DNA of 56,692 nt, filler included, from Diploschistes diacapsis (GCA_023645945.1; 5 parts of 5 records of this genome joined end to end with filler, not necessarily neighbours in it), one strand, 5' to 3'. Shown: positions 1 to 12,664, counted from the whole stretch's first letter. Translations and numbers: made by a program. Notes: generated by a model not told the origin, from the sequence alone.

Positions 1-845
1 ATTATATAGTTTTTGTGGCTATATAGTTTATTTTATAAGTTATTACAGGCACGATAATGATAAAATTATACTTTTTTTATATTTAATTATATATAGTTTT
101 ACGTATTTTTATAAGTGATATGTATTTGTATGTAAATTATATAGAGATCTAGGTACCTGACAGAGCCACAGCGAGCTAGGCAGAATGCATTACTAGGGCG
201 CTACTAAATATGTTACACAATTTTATAGTAGGCAGAATAGCACATACCCCAGAACTCGGCCACCTTATATTGACATTTTGATTAATTTTATTCAGTTATG
301 GCCGCCTCGTATCGTAATTGTTAGAAGGTGGATATTATGATCCTTAATTAACATCACGGAAAGGTTTTAAGCAAAAATTTCTTTTGGCGAAACTCTTTAT
401 TTCGCGGGTTTCACAGGTTTTGTCAGGTTTCGCCAAAAGTTTTAGGCAACGTATATTATATTTATATTAAATAAACGAAACTTGGTATTATATTAGACGT
501 TTACGCTAATAATAATTTAAATTCGCGCCAGCGATTCTATAATATATATATATTTATATTATAAAAACAGATCTTTTAAGATCGCGAAAATATTTTGAAA
601 CGGAGGTAGATTTAAATTATATTCGAATTTTATTTTAATATATTATAGAAAATCGAAATTTATTTTACGAAGCATAACGACGCAAAAAACGATATAAAAA
701 GCTCGAAATAAAGCTTTAAACGCTCGAAAATTACTTTAAATTCAGTATAGGAAAATTAGCCATTATTTCTGAAAAAGTGCCAAGACGCCAAGACAATTCT
801 ATTAACTTTTGAAACGTACTATAATACTTTATAAATATTTTAATC
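1..845. other. AT-rich, RIP-like degenerate tract (probable old repeat/TE relic)
   Basis: Very AT-rich with abundant TpA, apparently few CpA/TpG, retained CpG, and no ORFs. It ends abruptly just before SLD2. The pattern matches repeat-induced point mutation (judged by eye, not computed). Confidence 0.6.
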
Positions 846-876
846 ATTTAAAGGGCATTTTTCTAAACATGCTATT

Positions 877-2893
877 ATGCCACACCCATTTCCAAGCACA
901 TCATCAACCATACAGAACGAGATGTCACTTGAAGCAGCATTAAGCCAAGATGTCCAGCAAACCCTTCGTCTCGAACTCAAAGCATGGGAAAATGCCTTCG
1001 CTGCCGGCAATGGAGGGCGTAAAGCCGGGCGCGAGGACATCAAGAGCGCGCCCGAGATAGGTCTGGCAGCGTTCTCTCCCCTTGTTTAAAGGACATTGCT
1101 TATGTACCGACTATGCAGCCGCCAAATATAAAGCCTACGACAAGCTCCGCTCAAAGTCGCTTTCCCAAAACCCCTTCGAACCACAGCAGACATCTTTATT
1201 TACTCCGCCAACGAAGAAGCGCAAAGTTATAAATGCCGCTAAGTCGCAATCGAGAAATCAAGCTTTGCATGCTGTAAAGCAAGATTCACAGAAGAAAGCT
1301 CTTTCGAACCACCCTTCAACGCTTGACCCCTACGATTTCCCTTCCATCCACCAAACTCCCTCCTCTGTCCGTACCGGCAACGTTATAGGACCAACGCCCC
1401 AGAAGAATGGGCAGGTCCTTGGGCTCTTCGACCTTCTCTCGCCGCCATCCACCAAAAAGAATAGAATCGACGACACCCCTTCAAAGAATCTTGCACTCCA
1501 AGCGACTGCAAACGGTGCCACCGTGCTTCCCTCCCTACCAATTCATCTACCATCAGATCCGAGGCTGCCCTTCACCACCCCTTCTAAACCCCGTCCGCCC
1601 ACCTCTACCAGAATATCAACTGCAGCAGAGCTGTGCATGACCCCAATACTACAACGGCACACCCGCACCCCTCAATCGTCAGGAAAACGCAAATTCCTCG
1701 ACGCCTTCCTCACGCCTTCCACGCGGCGCGCGACCACCCTTGCATCCGCCCACAACGAGAGCAACGACGCAACGCCCAGCTCCAGGCGGAAACAACCATC
1801 AATCCTCACACAATACGTGATGGAAGCGACTTCACAGCAGCCCGCCACCGCACTCATCGACGCCGTGCCCACAGGCGACGAGACCCCTGCCTTCCTCCGC
1901 CGCTTCGCCGCCCCCCTTCCCTCCGCTAGCAGGAGGCCTACGCTCACCAAGTCCCACGCTGCCACCGGGCCGGCAATCACAGATGCACTACTAGGCACGG
2001 AGATACCCGCCGGCCTCGAGCATGAGGAGTTGGCGCACAGTCCCGTGCGCGTGCGCCTCCCGCGCCAGATGCCTTTGGGCAGGAGTCTAAGCGAAATGGT
2101 GAAGAATTTGCGGCGGGCGGAGGAGGAGAAGCTGGATGAGGAGATGGAGATTATGAGAGAGATGGAGATGGAAGAGCAAGGGGTGGAAGATGGGTCGAGG
2201 GGTGTTGGGGGGGAGAGGAAGGGTCCGAGGTGGGAGGTTGGAGATAGCCAGGTTGTGATGGGAGCTAGTATTGGAGGTGGAGGCGACGCTACAGGTGTGG
2301 TTGACGGTGAAAGGGAAATGAGGTTGGGTGCGGACGGGGAGTGGAACAGCAGCGACGAAGAGGGCGCAGAAGGGAAGGGTGATGTAGCGGAGGATAGCAG
2401 ACCAAGAAAAGTGTGGAAGAAAAATGGGCAGAAGAGAACGACGAGGCGGGTGAACATGAAGCCGCGGACGGCTAAGTGGGCGCCGGAGAAGGAGTGGGAT
2501 GCTGAAGAGCAAGATGAAGAGGGGGAGAAGAATTGGGATGGCGACGTGGTGGCCGAGACGCAGGCCGCTGATCCTACTTTCGGACATGATGATGCTGGTG
2601 CAGCGGACGATGTCGGTGGTGATCACAGCCGGGGCGCGGAGTTGAGATGGGACGAGGATGGGGACAGAGAGCAGTTAGAAAAGGAGCAGAGAAATGGTAG
2701 GGGAAGAGGGAGGCCGCCACAGGAGAAGAAGGCAGCAGAGAATCCGCAAGCTAGGGAGGAAATGGAGGGCCTGAAGGAGAAGAAGCCGCGTAAGATCAGT
2801 GCCAGTGCACATGCTAATTTCCGGGCGCTGAAGATCAGGAATAAGAATTCGCGGGCCAAGAGGGGTGGAGGGAGGTTCGGTCGGAGGAGGTGA
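877..2893 (+). CDS. SLD2: DNA replication regulator Sld2/Drc1 (2 exons; intron 1061-1118; start at 877 or 922)
   Basis: The spliced N-terminus LRLELKAWENAFAAGNGGRKAGREDIKSAPEIAAKYKAYDKLR is the Sld2/RecQ4 N-terminal domain. It also has IGPTPQKNGQVLGLFDLL, many S/T-P CDK sites, KKNGQKRTTRRVNMKP and a C-terminal HANFRALKIRNK. A GT-AG intron joins the two frames. Confidence 0.9.
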
Positions 2894-3698
2894 GGAGAAG
2901 AGATCTGGAGTGGTCAGATGTGTGCTTGGTGTATATAGAATGAGTCTGGGGCATTTGGCGGCCAGCTTCCTCGATAAAAGCGATTCACATGCATTGGTTT
3001 TGGAATGACTTATTCTGGTGTGCCAACCCGCATCCCCCCGCAATATAGCGTTCCAGTGTATATCGTGTGACTGCGATTCTAGCCTCAACCCATCAATTGT
3101 AGACAAGAAGCACTCCTAGCGCGACTTTCAGAATATCTTCTTCGTCTTTTTAAATAGACCTCTAGATTCTACATGTCAACCCGGCCATGAAACCTTTCTT
3201 TCAAATTAAATCTCTTGACAGCCTGATATACCGATCCGTCAGCTCCTACACAGGCCCAAGCTACTCCTGCCCCTCTTTGGCCATCTGGTTGTAACGCATC
3301 CAGAAATTCCAGTCTTTTTTCATTCATCTTCTCCAAGGCGCCATCCAAGCCCTCCATTACACTTTCAGAGTTCCTGTCCTTGTCTCCTGCAGGTTTGCCT
3401 CAGTCTGAGCCTGTACTTGCCACTTCGCTCTGTTCAATTACCCGCAAAACAAAGAATCTTAGCGGTGTGATACCTTGCACTTTTGTGTTACCTCGGCCCT
3501 TCTTCTCGGTCTTTGCTCTTACGTACATCAATGAATTGAGGCGAAAGTACTTGAATGCTGCTCAACTGCAAGTGCTCAGCCTCTGTAGCCGACGTGGGCG
3601 GCCACGCCAGTTTTGTAGATCGAGTAGTCGAATTATGCTACCCAGGTCCTTTTGGGATTGTAGCTTAACAGGCTATCGTGTTGTCTCTTAGGATGCCT

Positions 3699-4908
3699 TT
3701 AGTCTGGTGGATATCGATCGTAGTGACGGTCTTTGCTGTGCTCTCCAGAAAGACCAGAACCACTGGTTGAAGAGCTGCGCCTTCTTTTCATTCCCACCTC
3801 CAGCCTTCCAGTTTGCAACATTCCTTCCCCTGTTGTATCCGACATTGAACTAATATGCCTCCCTTCGATCGCTCCTAAGCCCTTTTGTTGCCTGAGTTCT
3901 GGATACTGCACATGCCGATCCCAGCTTTCTAGATCCGTGTACGGACTTCTTAGCCAAGCTCGTAACTCGTGCAAGAACAGCTGCGCATTTTTGCGGCCCA
4001 GGAACTCGGTGAGCATCTCCTCAGCCTGGCCCTGCGAGCCTTTGATGTCGACCGTCTTGAGTATAGCTAGAATATACTCTAACAGGAACTCGGCGTTCGA
4101 GGCACGCCGGCCACGAAGCGTCTGCTCACTCCGTATCTGGGCCCTGGAAATTCCTACACCGTGAGCAGCTGTATGAGTGGCATCCGAGCGAGCCGAACGT
4201 GAGTCCCTCGAGATGGCTTCGTCGGAGTTTGGGCTGAAGAGGTCGAAGGCTTGAAGCTCGCGTCTAATCCATTTTCGTGCTCTGGAGATGAGCTCGGTGT
4301 CCGAGGTTAAGCGAGCGGGCGTAAGATCCTGAAAGCGTGAGATTCGATTGGAGCCTACATGTGCAGAGTAGAGTTGATGCTGATAAATATAGCGGCGACG
4401 TATTAGGGCTGACTCCGGTCCTACAGGAGATGCTCTCCAATGAGAACGGGGGCGCTGGAATCTAAGCCTATTTGGCTGCCAACTGGGTCGACATCGGAGG
4501 ACCCAAGATGCCGGCACAGGTCGGTACGGAGCCTCGTCTGACGTCAGGGACTCCGTAGAAGCGACGTTATAGCTCTTGGACGTTCCCCGAGAGTTGAAAT
4601 CGTACTCAACCCTGGAGACATCGGTTTTACCTGAATAACAAGATCAGCTGCTCCCGCCGCCAGTTCAGCGCAATGGACCGGGATCTGCAGGCCCACTCAC
4701 ACAATGGACAACTTGACTTTTCCTGAAGCCAGCTGACAATGCAGATGAAGTCGAAGCTCTGGTGAAGACAGGGTAGAACAACGGCCTTCTCGGTTACAGA
4801 TTCGAGGCAAATCACGCAAGGGTCCGAAGATCTGGATCCTGACTCTAAGAGCTTCGCTTCTTCGAGGGTACTCTGGACAGTTGTCTCTCTCAGATTGTTA
4901 CGTTCCAT
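3699..4908 (-). CDS. RING finger E3 ubiquitin ligase, TOPORS-like (exons 4908-4701, 4630-3699; ~379 aa)
   Basis: C3HC4-like RING CVICLE...[25 protein letters not shown] is completed across a GTGAGT..CAG intron (4631-4700). Downstream it has WIRRELQAF and [28 protein letters not shown], typical of fungal TOPORS-like proteins. Confidence 0.85.
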
Positions 4909-5420
4909 CGCCTATCGTCAGCTCAAACAAGGTTGAGACTACTTACGGTTCATGCATAAGCAGTTTCAGGGAATGGAGGACGCTGCAGGTTTCCATATCG
5001 CACCGAAACACGCGGGAAACATCGCCACTAGCACGTGGCTACGATGTTGGATACGTGGCTGTGCACTGTGGTTTGAAAAGGTTTTTTCATCTATTTGGTT
5101 CGAACTTCGATTCTGGAAAGATTCTGCTCAGCACTAGCTCAACCTATTCTTCACACACGTTTCGTTTTGAGAAAAGCAAATATGGAGTAAAGTAATTTTG
5201 GAACGATGAGAATAAGATTCACAGCAAAGGTTTTATCGTTCGCTCTGAATTAACAAGCAGATGAAAAAGACATCTAACGCTTGAGTCCCTCGCTATGCTG
5301 TGAAACTAATACAGAAGCACAAGCATAATATGCTGAACGACGAAGCAGATCCTTGCGTCCCATTATTTATGAGATTCAGCAACAGCCGAGTACCATCACA
5401 TCATCAACTATATTCAATAT

Positions 5421-5841
5421 TTAAGACTCGAAAAGCACTGCTCTCTTGTAGGGCCCCGTTAGGACAGTGCCATTGTCGGCGATGGCACCGTCGACGGAGC
5501 AATAAGCATTGCCTGCATGCGGGGAGGTCTGCTTGCATGGTGCAAATTGACAAACGCCACCACAATATCCCGCCAGATTATCGTTACAATTGCCAGCATA
5601 ACCACCGTTACCGGCTGCGTCGCAGTGGATGATGTAATTGGTGCTACCACTCTGACCAGCACAGTACGTGCCAGCCTTCTTGCAGGTAATGGTGCCGTTG
5701 TTCTGGCTATACCAACGTATGTTAGCTTTCTCCCTCGATGTCGAGGAGCGGTAGGCCGCGGTGGATCTGCACATACATAATATATTGACCGGAAACGCTG
5801 GCGACCGCGGCAGCCAGGACACCGATGAAAGTAGATTTCAT
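5421..5841 (-). CDS. Small secreted cysteine-rich protein (exons 5841-5777, 5706-5421; ~116 aa, 8 Cys)
   Basis: Signal-peptide-like MKSTFIGVLAAAVASVSG is followed by intron GTATGT..GCTAAC..ATAG (5707-5776), which splices in frame to QNNGTITCKKAGTYCAG...GNCNDNLAGYC...AYCSVDG. The ORF track misses the first exon. Confidence 0.85.
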
Positions 5842-6832
5842 GTTGGATTGGGGGTTTGGAGTGGCGTCGGCTCGATAGAGCAGATGTTGGTTGATAGGTT
5901 TGCGTTGTTTTGATTGCTTAGAGAACGGTTCAGTGTTGCGGCGCAGATGAGGGCTTCGAAACGGGGATGTTCTGGAAGTTTTATATACTCCTCTGCTCTT
6001 CCCGTCGTTACTTCTGTCTAGCGGCTGCTTCCTCGGGACAAGCTCAGCTTTTTACGGCAATACGAGCAGCCTCAGAGAACCTTCTGAAGAGGCTTGCTGA
6101 ATTTGGTAGGATTGGCTCCCAAAGGCTGAATAGTCAGCCAATGATTCGAAAAGTCTGGCAGAGGCAACCCTCTCACAGGCTGTGGACTTGTGACGCTTGG
6201 CATGGTGTCAAATTACCATTCCGTACAACTTGGTGGTTCGGCCCCTCTGGGCTCTTTCTGCCTACTCGTGTTCTGCAAACGCACGTTTCGTATTGCTGGC
6301 GCCATTTGCTGTTGGCTAGAGATAGCAGTGGAAACGTCATACTGCGTCCGTCCGTTGACGATAAGGATTGCTAGATTATCAATGTAAAGACCGGATAGAA
6401 GACCGGAAGGCTTACCGGCCTGCATTAATACAGCTTGCACCTTTTAGAAGACGTTGCAAAAGAGTGGTATGCTCTCGTGCGGGCAGGATCCTACCGAAGG
6501 CATTACAACGTAGAGCAGGGAGACCGCAGGACAATCCATGACATTCATTGGCTCAGTAACCGGGTGTTGGTGATAGTAATTGGGAGCTGCTGGCGGCCAC
6601 GTGAAAAATCTCGTATAATGGGTGGTAGCTGGCAGCTTTTAGGTATCTAGAGGTAGTGGGTGATTGCACACTAGCAACGGGGCTGAGCGCTTTAGCCACA
6701 AACAGTTATTACTAAAGAACAAGATTTATGCACGTGGCGCAAAAGAATATGCCAATCAGATAGGCCCGAGTCCTAGCATTTGCTCAGCCATTCTCATAGC
6801 AGCATCATCTTGCAAAATATATATTGAGCTTA

Positions 6833-8212
6833 ATGGTTAGTGTTTCAAGAGGATCCAGGCGGTTAAGCGAGATGTAGAGAGAGAAAGGTCAAGTGCGGTA
6901 CGTACTGCGAGAAAGGTTCATTCCACATCCTTTCCACAAACGCTTCCTAACTAACCAGACGTTTGTGAATAGACCAAGTTCAGCCAACTTGCCAAGGACG
7001 TGCCCAAAGCTGGCCTAGAATGCGGAGGATATTCTGATGACTTTCTACATGACCCTCTTAGCTTTAGCCGTGTGTTTCTTATGCTTCTTCCAACTTGCTC
7101 AGGCTGCCAGCAAATTCAAGGAGGTGCAACATCCGCTTGTGCTCCCTCTATAGTTCGTCTTTGAAAGATCTGGATCGAATTTTGGGCGACCCCAAGCGAA
7201 ACCGCACCCTCGAGATTTTTGAGGCCATTACGGTGATGACATCGTACGCGGTACGTTGACAATAGTTCTGATCGGATGGCTTGAAGCCCAATGAAGAGGG
7301 AGGTTCTTTGTCCGAGGTTTGTCTGACTGGTAGTTTAGTATCTCGTTACGAAGAGGACAACCGGCTGGGTTAGCTACTGTTTGGGTTAGGAAACGCTCTT
7401 CAAGTCCTACGGACCAGGGGCATTCAATACACCATCGACCTTGGGGGGGGGTTTTTTTTTGAAGACTGTCGAATAATGATTGTCAATGCGTCAATGTTAG
7501 CCTGGAAGCCAACAATACTCGCTGATTCTGACTGGAAGACGATCCCCTGGGCCGACAATCCAGTAGGTCAAGTCCGAGTATCAATACTTGATGGACATCA
7601 TGGTGGACGCCCCGGGAACCACCATGCAAGTCTACTATCCTCTCCAGCCTCCCCTGAGTCCACGGCCTAACTAAACGCTAGACGTAGATACGACGTACAA
7701 GAAGGCCTTGACCATGTTACGATCTCTAAATAAGCGGCAAGGGTCGTGGTACAACAATCATGACGAAGAATTTTTTGGGATCACTACCAACCTACACACC
7801 ACAGTCTTGGTTCGGCGAAATTGACGAGTTGAGGTGGAAGACAGTCTGGCACTTCTCTTCCCCCTATATCGCAAATACTTACAGGACATTTCACTGTCTA
7901 ATTATCATTGCTCTTCGCATGGTCTCGAATCTGGAAACTTCTGGTCTGCTCAGTGTTGAGCATCCTTGCGTAGATGGATCGCATCAGATCTATGCAGCTG
8001 CGATTGAGATGTGCCGTTGTGTTGACTATCACTTGATGGAATCCCACAAAGGGGCAGGCAGCCTATTCATCCTTGTGCCGAGCCGTGCCGCTTGGAAGAC
8101 CCTTGGCGAGACAACTCCCGAGGGTCAGTGGTTGATGGGTGTTGTGGAAGATATAAGCTCAGGCGATCGTGGTCGATGGGGCTGCCGCTGCAGATGCATT
8201 AATGAAGCTTGA
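6833..8212 (+). pseudogene. Degenerate Zn(II)2Cys6 transcription factor
   Basis: Fragments read MVSVSRGS..(frameshift/TAA)..ARCRERKVKC|intron|DQVQPTCQG(R)A..(frameshift)..KAGLECGGY, a broken binuclear cluster. Downstream fragments (ILADSDWKTIPW, AIEMCRCVDYHL..GSLFILVP) resemble C6-TF C-terminal regions. There are several stops and frameshifts, including in a G/T run at ~7443-7460. Confidence 0.75.
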
Positions 8213-9282
8213 ACAAAATCATTTACGACGCCCCTCTCCCAGTGGGTTCAAATAGTATTGCTCTAAAGCAGTGACATCATCGACCAGGGCGACCGTGTTG
8301 ATAGTGTGGGAGCAATTGAAGTGTGAATTTGATGAAAGCTAGGTTTGAAGGCTCAAGATTCCAGCCGCAATCAGTTTGACACCCTATTGTTTTTACATTC
8401 ATGTGCAACAAATCCGGCCTTCTCATTGACATCGGCAATGCTCTGGCTAAACTGTGCGAAGCTGATGCAGCAGGGGACCGCCTCAATACTGTGGAAATGG
8501 AACAGGCGGAAGGTCGCATGAGGTGAACGCCAGAAGAAGTCGGGCTCAAGATTCAGATGCCTCTGATCGCAAATCATGCTAAGGCATTGCGAGAAGTTAG
8601 AGACATATTCAGCATCTCAAAATAAGTTAAGATACCTGCACTTGTGTTTACGGAGAGCCCAAGCTATATACACACAATAACCAACCGCTGGACACAATAT
8701 ACTCAAGATAGGAAACTCATTTCAGGATGGATTACAGGGGTTGATTGAACAAGCAAAACAAAAGCTGCATATAATACATGATCAAAATCAGGTGAAGAGA
8801 TCTGAGAATCTGTTGTCGCCGCGAAATCTTTTCAAAACGGAGTGTCTGTTTACAAGACAAGGTCATCTCCAACGATATCTAGTCAAAAGGTGCTCAATAA
8901 CCTGCAAGTCTGCTTAGGTATCATTGCGAGGTTCTACCTGTGGTATCTCTATAGGCCCTTCAAAGTTGTGATACAGAGCGAGTATGTTGAATGATACATA
9001 TAGCAAGAAATGATAGTATTGATTGAAGCTGTAGTGTGAATGATAAGTATCCGCTGATTGCCGTATTTTTGCGGTGACATTAAATGTGTCTAGAGGTTTG
9101 AGCCCTTCCAAGCACCTTGACAGCCCTACGGAGTACATATAGATTCAGTAATACCCGCGGTGACTGTTTTCTTTGTTTGAACATAATCGTGCCTGTTTAT
9201 GCTGGTCTTGCGGCGTTATGTATCCCTGACTCTGTTTTCTTGCGAGATTAACAGATTTCCGTCAGTTATTCCTATACGCAGG

Positions 9283-11284
9283 ATGGGCTCCTACACCATC
9301 ACCGCGCTGAAGCGATGGTCAGTCCAGGAGAAGCAAATGCCAGGTAGGCTGTATGATCTGCTGCGTCGAAACCAGACTAAGGATCCATAGCTGTGTCTAG
9401 GATAAAAGCGCTTCATGTCTACGACTTCGACAACACTCGTGAGTTTCGGCAGCCGTTCTTCCTTGTTCTCTATAATACTAAAGTATACGCAGTTTTCCTA
9501 AGTCCACTGCCAAATCCAAAACTATGGTACGGTCGGACAATCGATTTCTTGAAGCAGCAAGATTGCCTCGTCAACGGAGGTTGGTGGCATGACAAGAGCA
9601 TTCTGGAGGCGACTGGCGAGGGCATGGACAAGGAAGAGCCAAGAGCTTGGGAAGGGTGGTGGAACGAGGACATTGTACAGACTCGAGCGTATGCACGGGG
9701 GCACGAACTAATGCGATCCCAAGGTTAAGCTTGTGGAGCTAAGCATGCGACAGGAGGACGCCATGACGGTACTCCTAACGGGCAGAGCTGAAGCTGGATT
9801 TGCGGACACGATCAAGAGGATGGCAGCTGCGAAGAAGCTCGAGTTTGACATGATATGCCTCAAGCCTTTGACTGGACCCAACGGGCAGCGCTTTCCGAGT
9901 ACGATGCTGTATAAGCAGGCGCTTTTGAAGGACATTATCTTTACCTACAGAGAGATAGAAGAGCTCAAGATCTACGAGGATCGACCGAAGCAGTATGCCA
10001 CTCACTCGCAGCCAGCCTGACCTTGCTGATCTGTCACAGTGTTGCCGGCTTCCGCCAATTCATCGATGTTTTTAAACGCGATCTCCGAGACCATCCCTCC
10101 TCTGTATCACGCAAAGACCTTGCCGGCGAAGTAATTCCCGTGGCGGACACTGCCGGGGCCCTGGACCCCCTGACGGAAACAAGAGAAGTCCAACGCATGC
10201 TAAACTCGCACAACCTCTCCACCCCTTCACCACGGCTTCTAATCAAACGCACCGTCTTCTTCCTCGGCTACCTCCTCTCCCAGTCCGATACCGACAACCT
10301 TCTCACCCTCCTCGACTTCCCCCCTTCCGAACCCCTCGACACCAAGCTTTTAGGGAATAACATCATGATCACCCCTCGCCCAAGCACAGCCTCAGTCCTC
10401 GAAAAAGTTGGCGGCCAAGGTGCCAAGCAGATCTGGCAAGTCACCGGCTTCGGCCAACACTCGAACCTGGTCTTCGCCGCCCGCGTCGCGCCCATCCCGA
10501 GCTCGGCCACCTACTTCACCGAGAACCCGGTACCCATGGTGGTGCTAGCGTGCCGCAAGGGCGGCAAAGCCGTCGATTCGACACGGATCAACAACTGGAC
10601 GCCGGTCCCGAGCGACAAGCAGTTCGTCTTCGAGACGACGGTCGGAGAGAAAGTGCAGCTACGGATAGAAGAGGAGATGGAGGGCCAGACGGAATACGAG
10701 GCCCTGTTCCCGCCGAAGAAGGACCTTTTGCCCTGGCCGGTTGGCGCGGGCGTGAAGAGGAAGGCATTAGGGCCCGCGGATGATGCTGGTAATGAGCGTC
10801 CGCCGAGGGAGGAGGGGAGCAGGAGGGTCAGCGATCGATACAGGGGCAGTGCGCATCCGCATCGTGACGGCGGCGGGCGTGGTGGGCGAGGGGGCCGAGA
10901 CAGAGATCGGGACCGGGACCGGGAACGCGAGAACGGACATAGGAACGGCCCGCCACCTGGAGGCAGAGGCGGGCGCAATGGCGACCGGAGAGACAGAAGG
11001 GACGATCGGCGTGACAGAGACTGCGGCGGCGGGCGAGACAGAGACCATGACCGAAACCGAGACCGAGAGCGGGACGGGGGCGATAGAAGCGGTGATAGAG
11101 GCGGTGTCGGGGGCGCGCGAAGAGGCGGGAGAAACGGGTACCGATCCCTGGACGATGTGGCGGACGGGCCGAGGAACGAGAGGTATGCCAACGGCCAGGC
11201 GAGCTATGACGATGGTCCGGCGTATGCGGGGCCGGATGCGTACGCGGCGAATTTCCCTGCGCTGCCTATGGGTGGGGCGAGGAA
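9283..11284 (+). CDS. HAD-superfamily 'Swiss Army Knife RNA repair-like' (HAD_SAK_1-type) protein, multi-exon, 3' end cut by contig end
   Basis: Spliced motifs LHVYDFDNT|.FLSPLPNPKLW, GGWWHD, WEGWWNE, TVLLTGR, FDMICLKP and IYEDRPK correspond to HAD motifs I, II and IV. There are four short GT-AG introns and an RGG/RD-rich tail. Confidence 0.8.
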
Positions 11285-11384
11285 NNNNNNNNNNNNNNNN
11301 NNNNNNNNNNNNNNNNNNNNNNNNNNNNTTAATTAATTAANNNNNNNNNNNNNNNNNNNNNNNNNNNNNNNNNNNNNNNNNNNN
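11285..11384. other. Artificial contig linker (Ns + TTAATTAATTAA six-frame stop)
   Basis: 100-nt spacer, identical in design to the other three. Confidence 0.99.
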
Positions 11385-11507
11385 CCCCTACACTGATCGA
11401 GAGTCCCACCCCCTTTCCTGGCGTTGGTGCCGCGCGGAGCCCCCTGGTGGGGCATTCGAATCGTGTGGGATAGTGCAGCTAATACGTCGACGTTGACGCA
11501 CGGACAG

Positions 11508-11675
11508 AAACCGGTGCACGCCGACCTCGACGCCATGCTGGACCCGGCGAACTACATCGGGCGCTCGGCGGAGATTTGCGAGCGGTACGCGGGACCCGGC
11601 GGCGTGCTGCAGGCCAAGCTGGAGAGGTACCGGGCGTATATCGACGGTGCGGGGACGGCGGAGCTCAGCGTGTAA
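11508..11675 (+). CDS. ADE13: Adenylosuccinate lyase, last exon only (rest off-contig)
   Basis: After a GCTAAT branch site and CAG acceptor it reads KPVHADLDAMLDPANYIGRSAEICERYAGPGGVLQAKLERYRAYIDGAGTAELSV*, matching the fungal ADSL C-terminus. Confidence 0.75.
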   Translation, partial: KPVHADLDAMLDPANYIGRSAEICERYAGPGGVLQAKLERYRAYIDGAGTAELSV

Positions 11676-12664
11676 GTTCCGGGGCTTGCCCTTGGGCGCT
11701 GTACCCGCTGCTGCTGTTGTTGTTTCTGTAGTGTGGGTTCGGGGGCTGTCGGGTGGGCGGTTCGATGGGGGGCGACGATGGCAGCATATGGGGGGGTGGG
11801 TGAGGCGGCCGCGGTGCTTTGGGGAAGGGGAAGTGGGAGGAGAAGGGGAAAGGGGGGAATGAAAAGGCAGCAAGGGTTGGCTATGATAAAAGTTTGTGCG
11901 GCATGCGATGCCTGTATGCAATTCGCTTTGAAAATGGGGGCTGATTGCCTCTCTCTCTCCCCCGACGATGTTTCTTCGTTCTTTTTGTTCGAGCGCGGCC
12001 TGTAAAAAGTCCAGAAGCCCCGAAAGACATCTCGCGAGGAGAGAGAAATTTTGCAAGCTGGGTGGAGGGGACTCGCCTTGCTCGCCGGCGCCCCCGCTAT
12101 CGTGTAGCATCTGCGAGCAAGCTCGACACAGCGGCACCACCACGGCCAGGCAGCGTGGGCACCCGTAGCACATGCTTCAAGCTGGAGGCAGCTTATAATC
12201 TCAATTGCCAATTCAATTCTAATTCATGCCGCTTACTTGCTACTACCAACATTCCTTAAGGCTTGCCCCCAAACACTCATCCTATCGAGTTACAGAAAAA
12301 ATCAAAGCCCGCCGGGCCGTTTCCTCTGCATTCCGTTCGCGAACACCGGTATCCTTCGACAGCTCCGCTTTCCAGGAAACATCCCGTGTTTGCCCTAGCC
12401 GTACACCCCCGTTACAGATATCTCGAGCAGGAACAGGAAAGATGATGTGGGTGAGATGAAAATACTGATATAGTGATTTGGGACCGTTCGTGGTCCTTCG
12501 CTCCTTGGTCTATCCCTGGCTCACCGTTTTTGGTATCCATGGTTTTGGATTCACCATCTTGATCGGGCTACCCAAGGTCCCGCGCAGGCATGATAGAACT
12601 CGACAGCAGCGTCTCCTCCGTTTGGCAGATGCTTCTTGGCGAACCAAAAAACACAGTTTGCAAG

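Noticed and set aside
1672..2626. Long antisense/alternate-frame ORFs over SLD2 (likewise over the HAD, MFS, pkaR and ALDH genes)
   Set aside because: These are shadows of GC-rich, skewed coding sequence with low-complexity translations.
3169..3660. Coding-like minus-strand fragment (MEGLDGALEK...)
   Set aside because: I could not build a consistent spliced model or recognise a family.
11388..12259. Overlapping 200+ aa ORFs between ADE13 and pkaR
   Set aside because: This is a G-rich 3'/intergenic region lacking stops by composition, with no recognisable domain.
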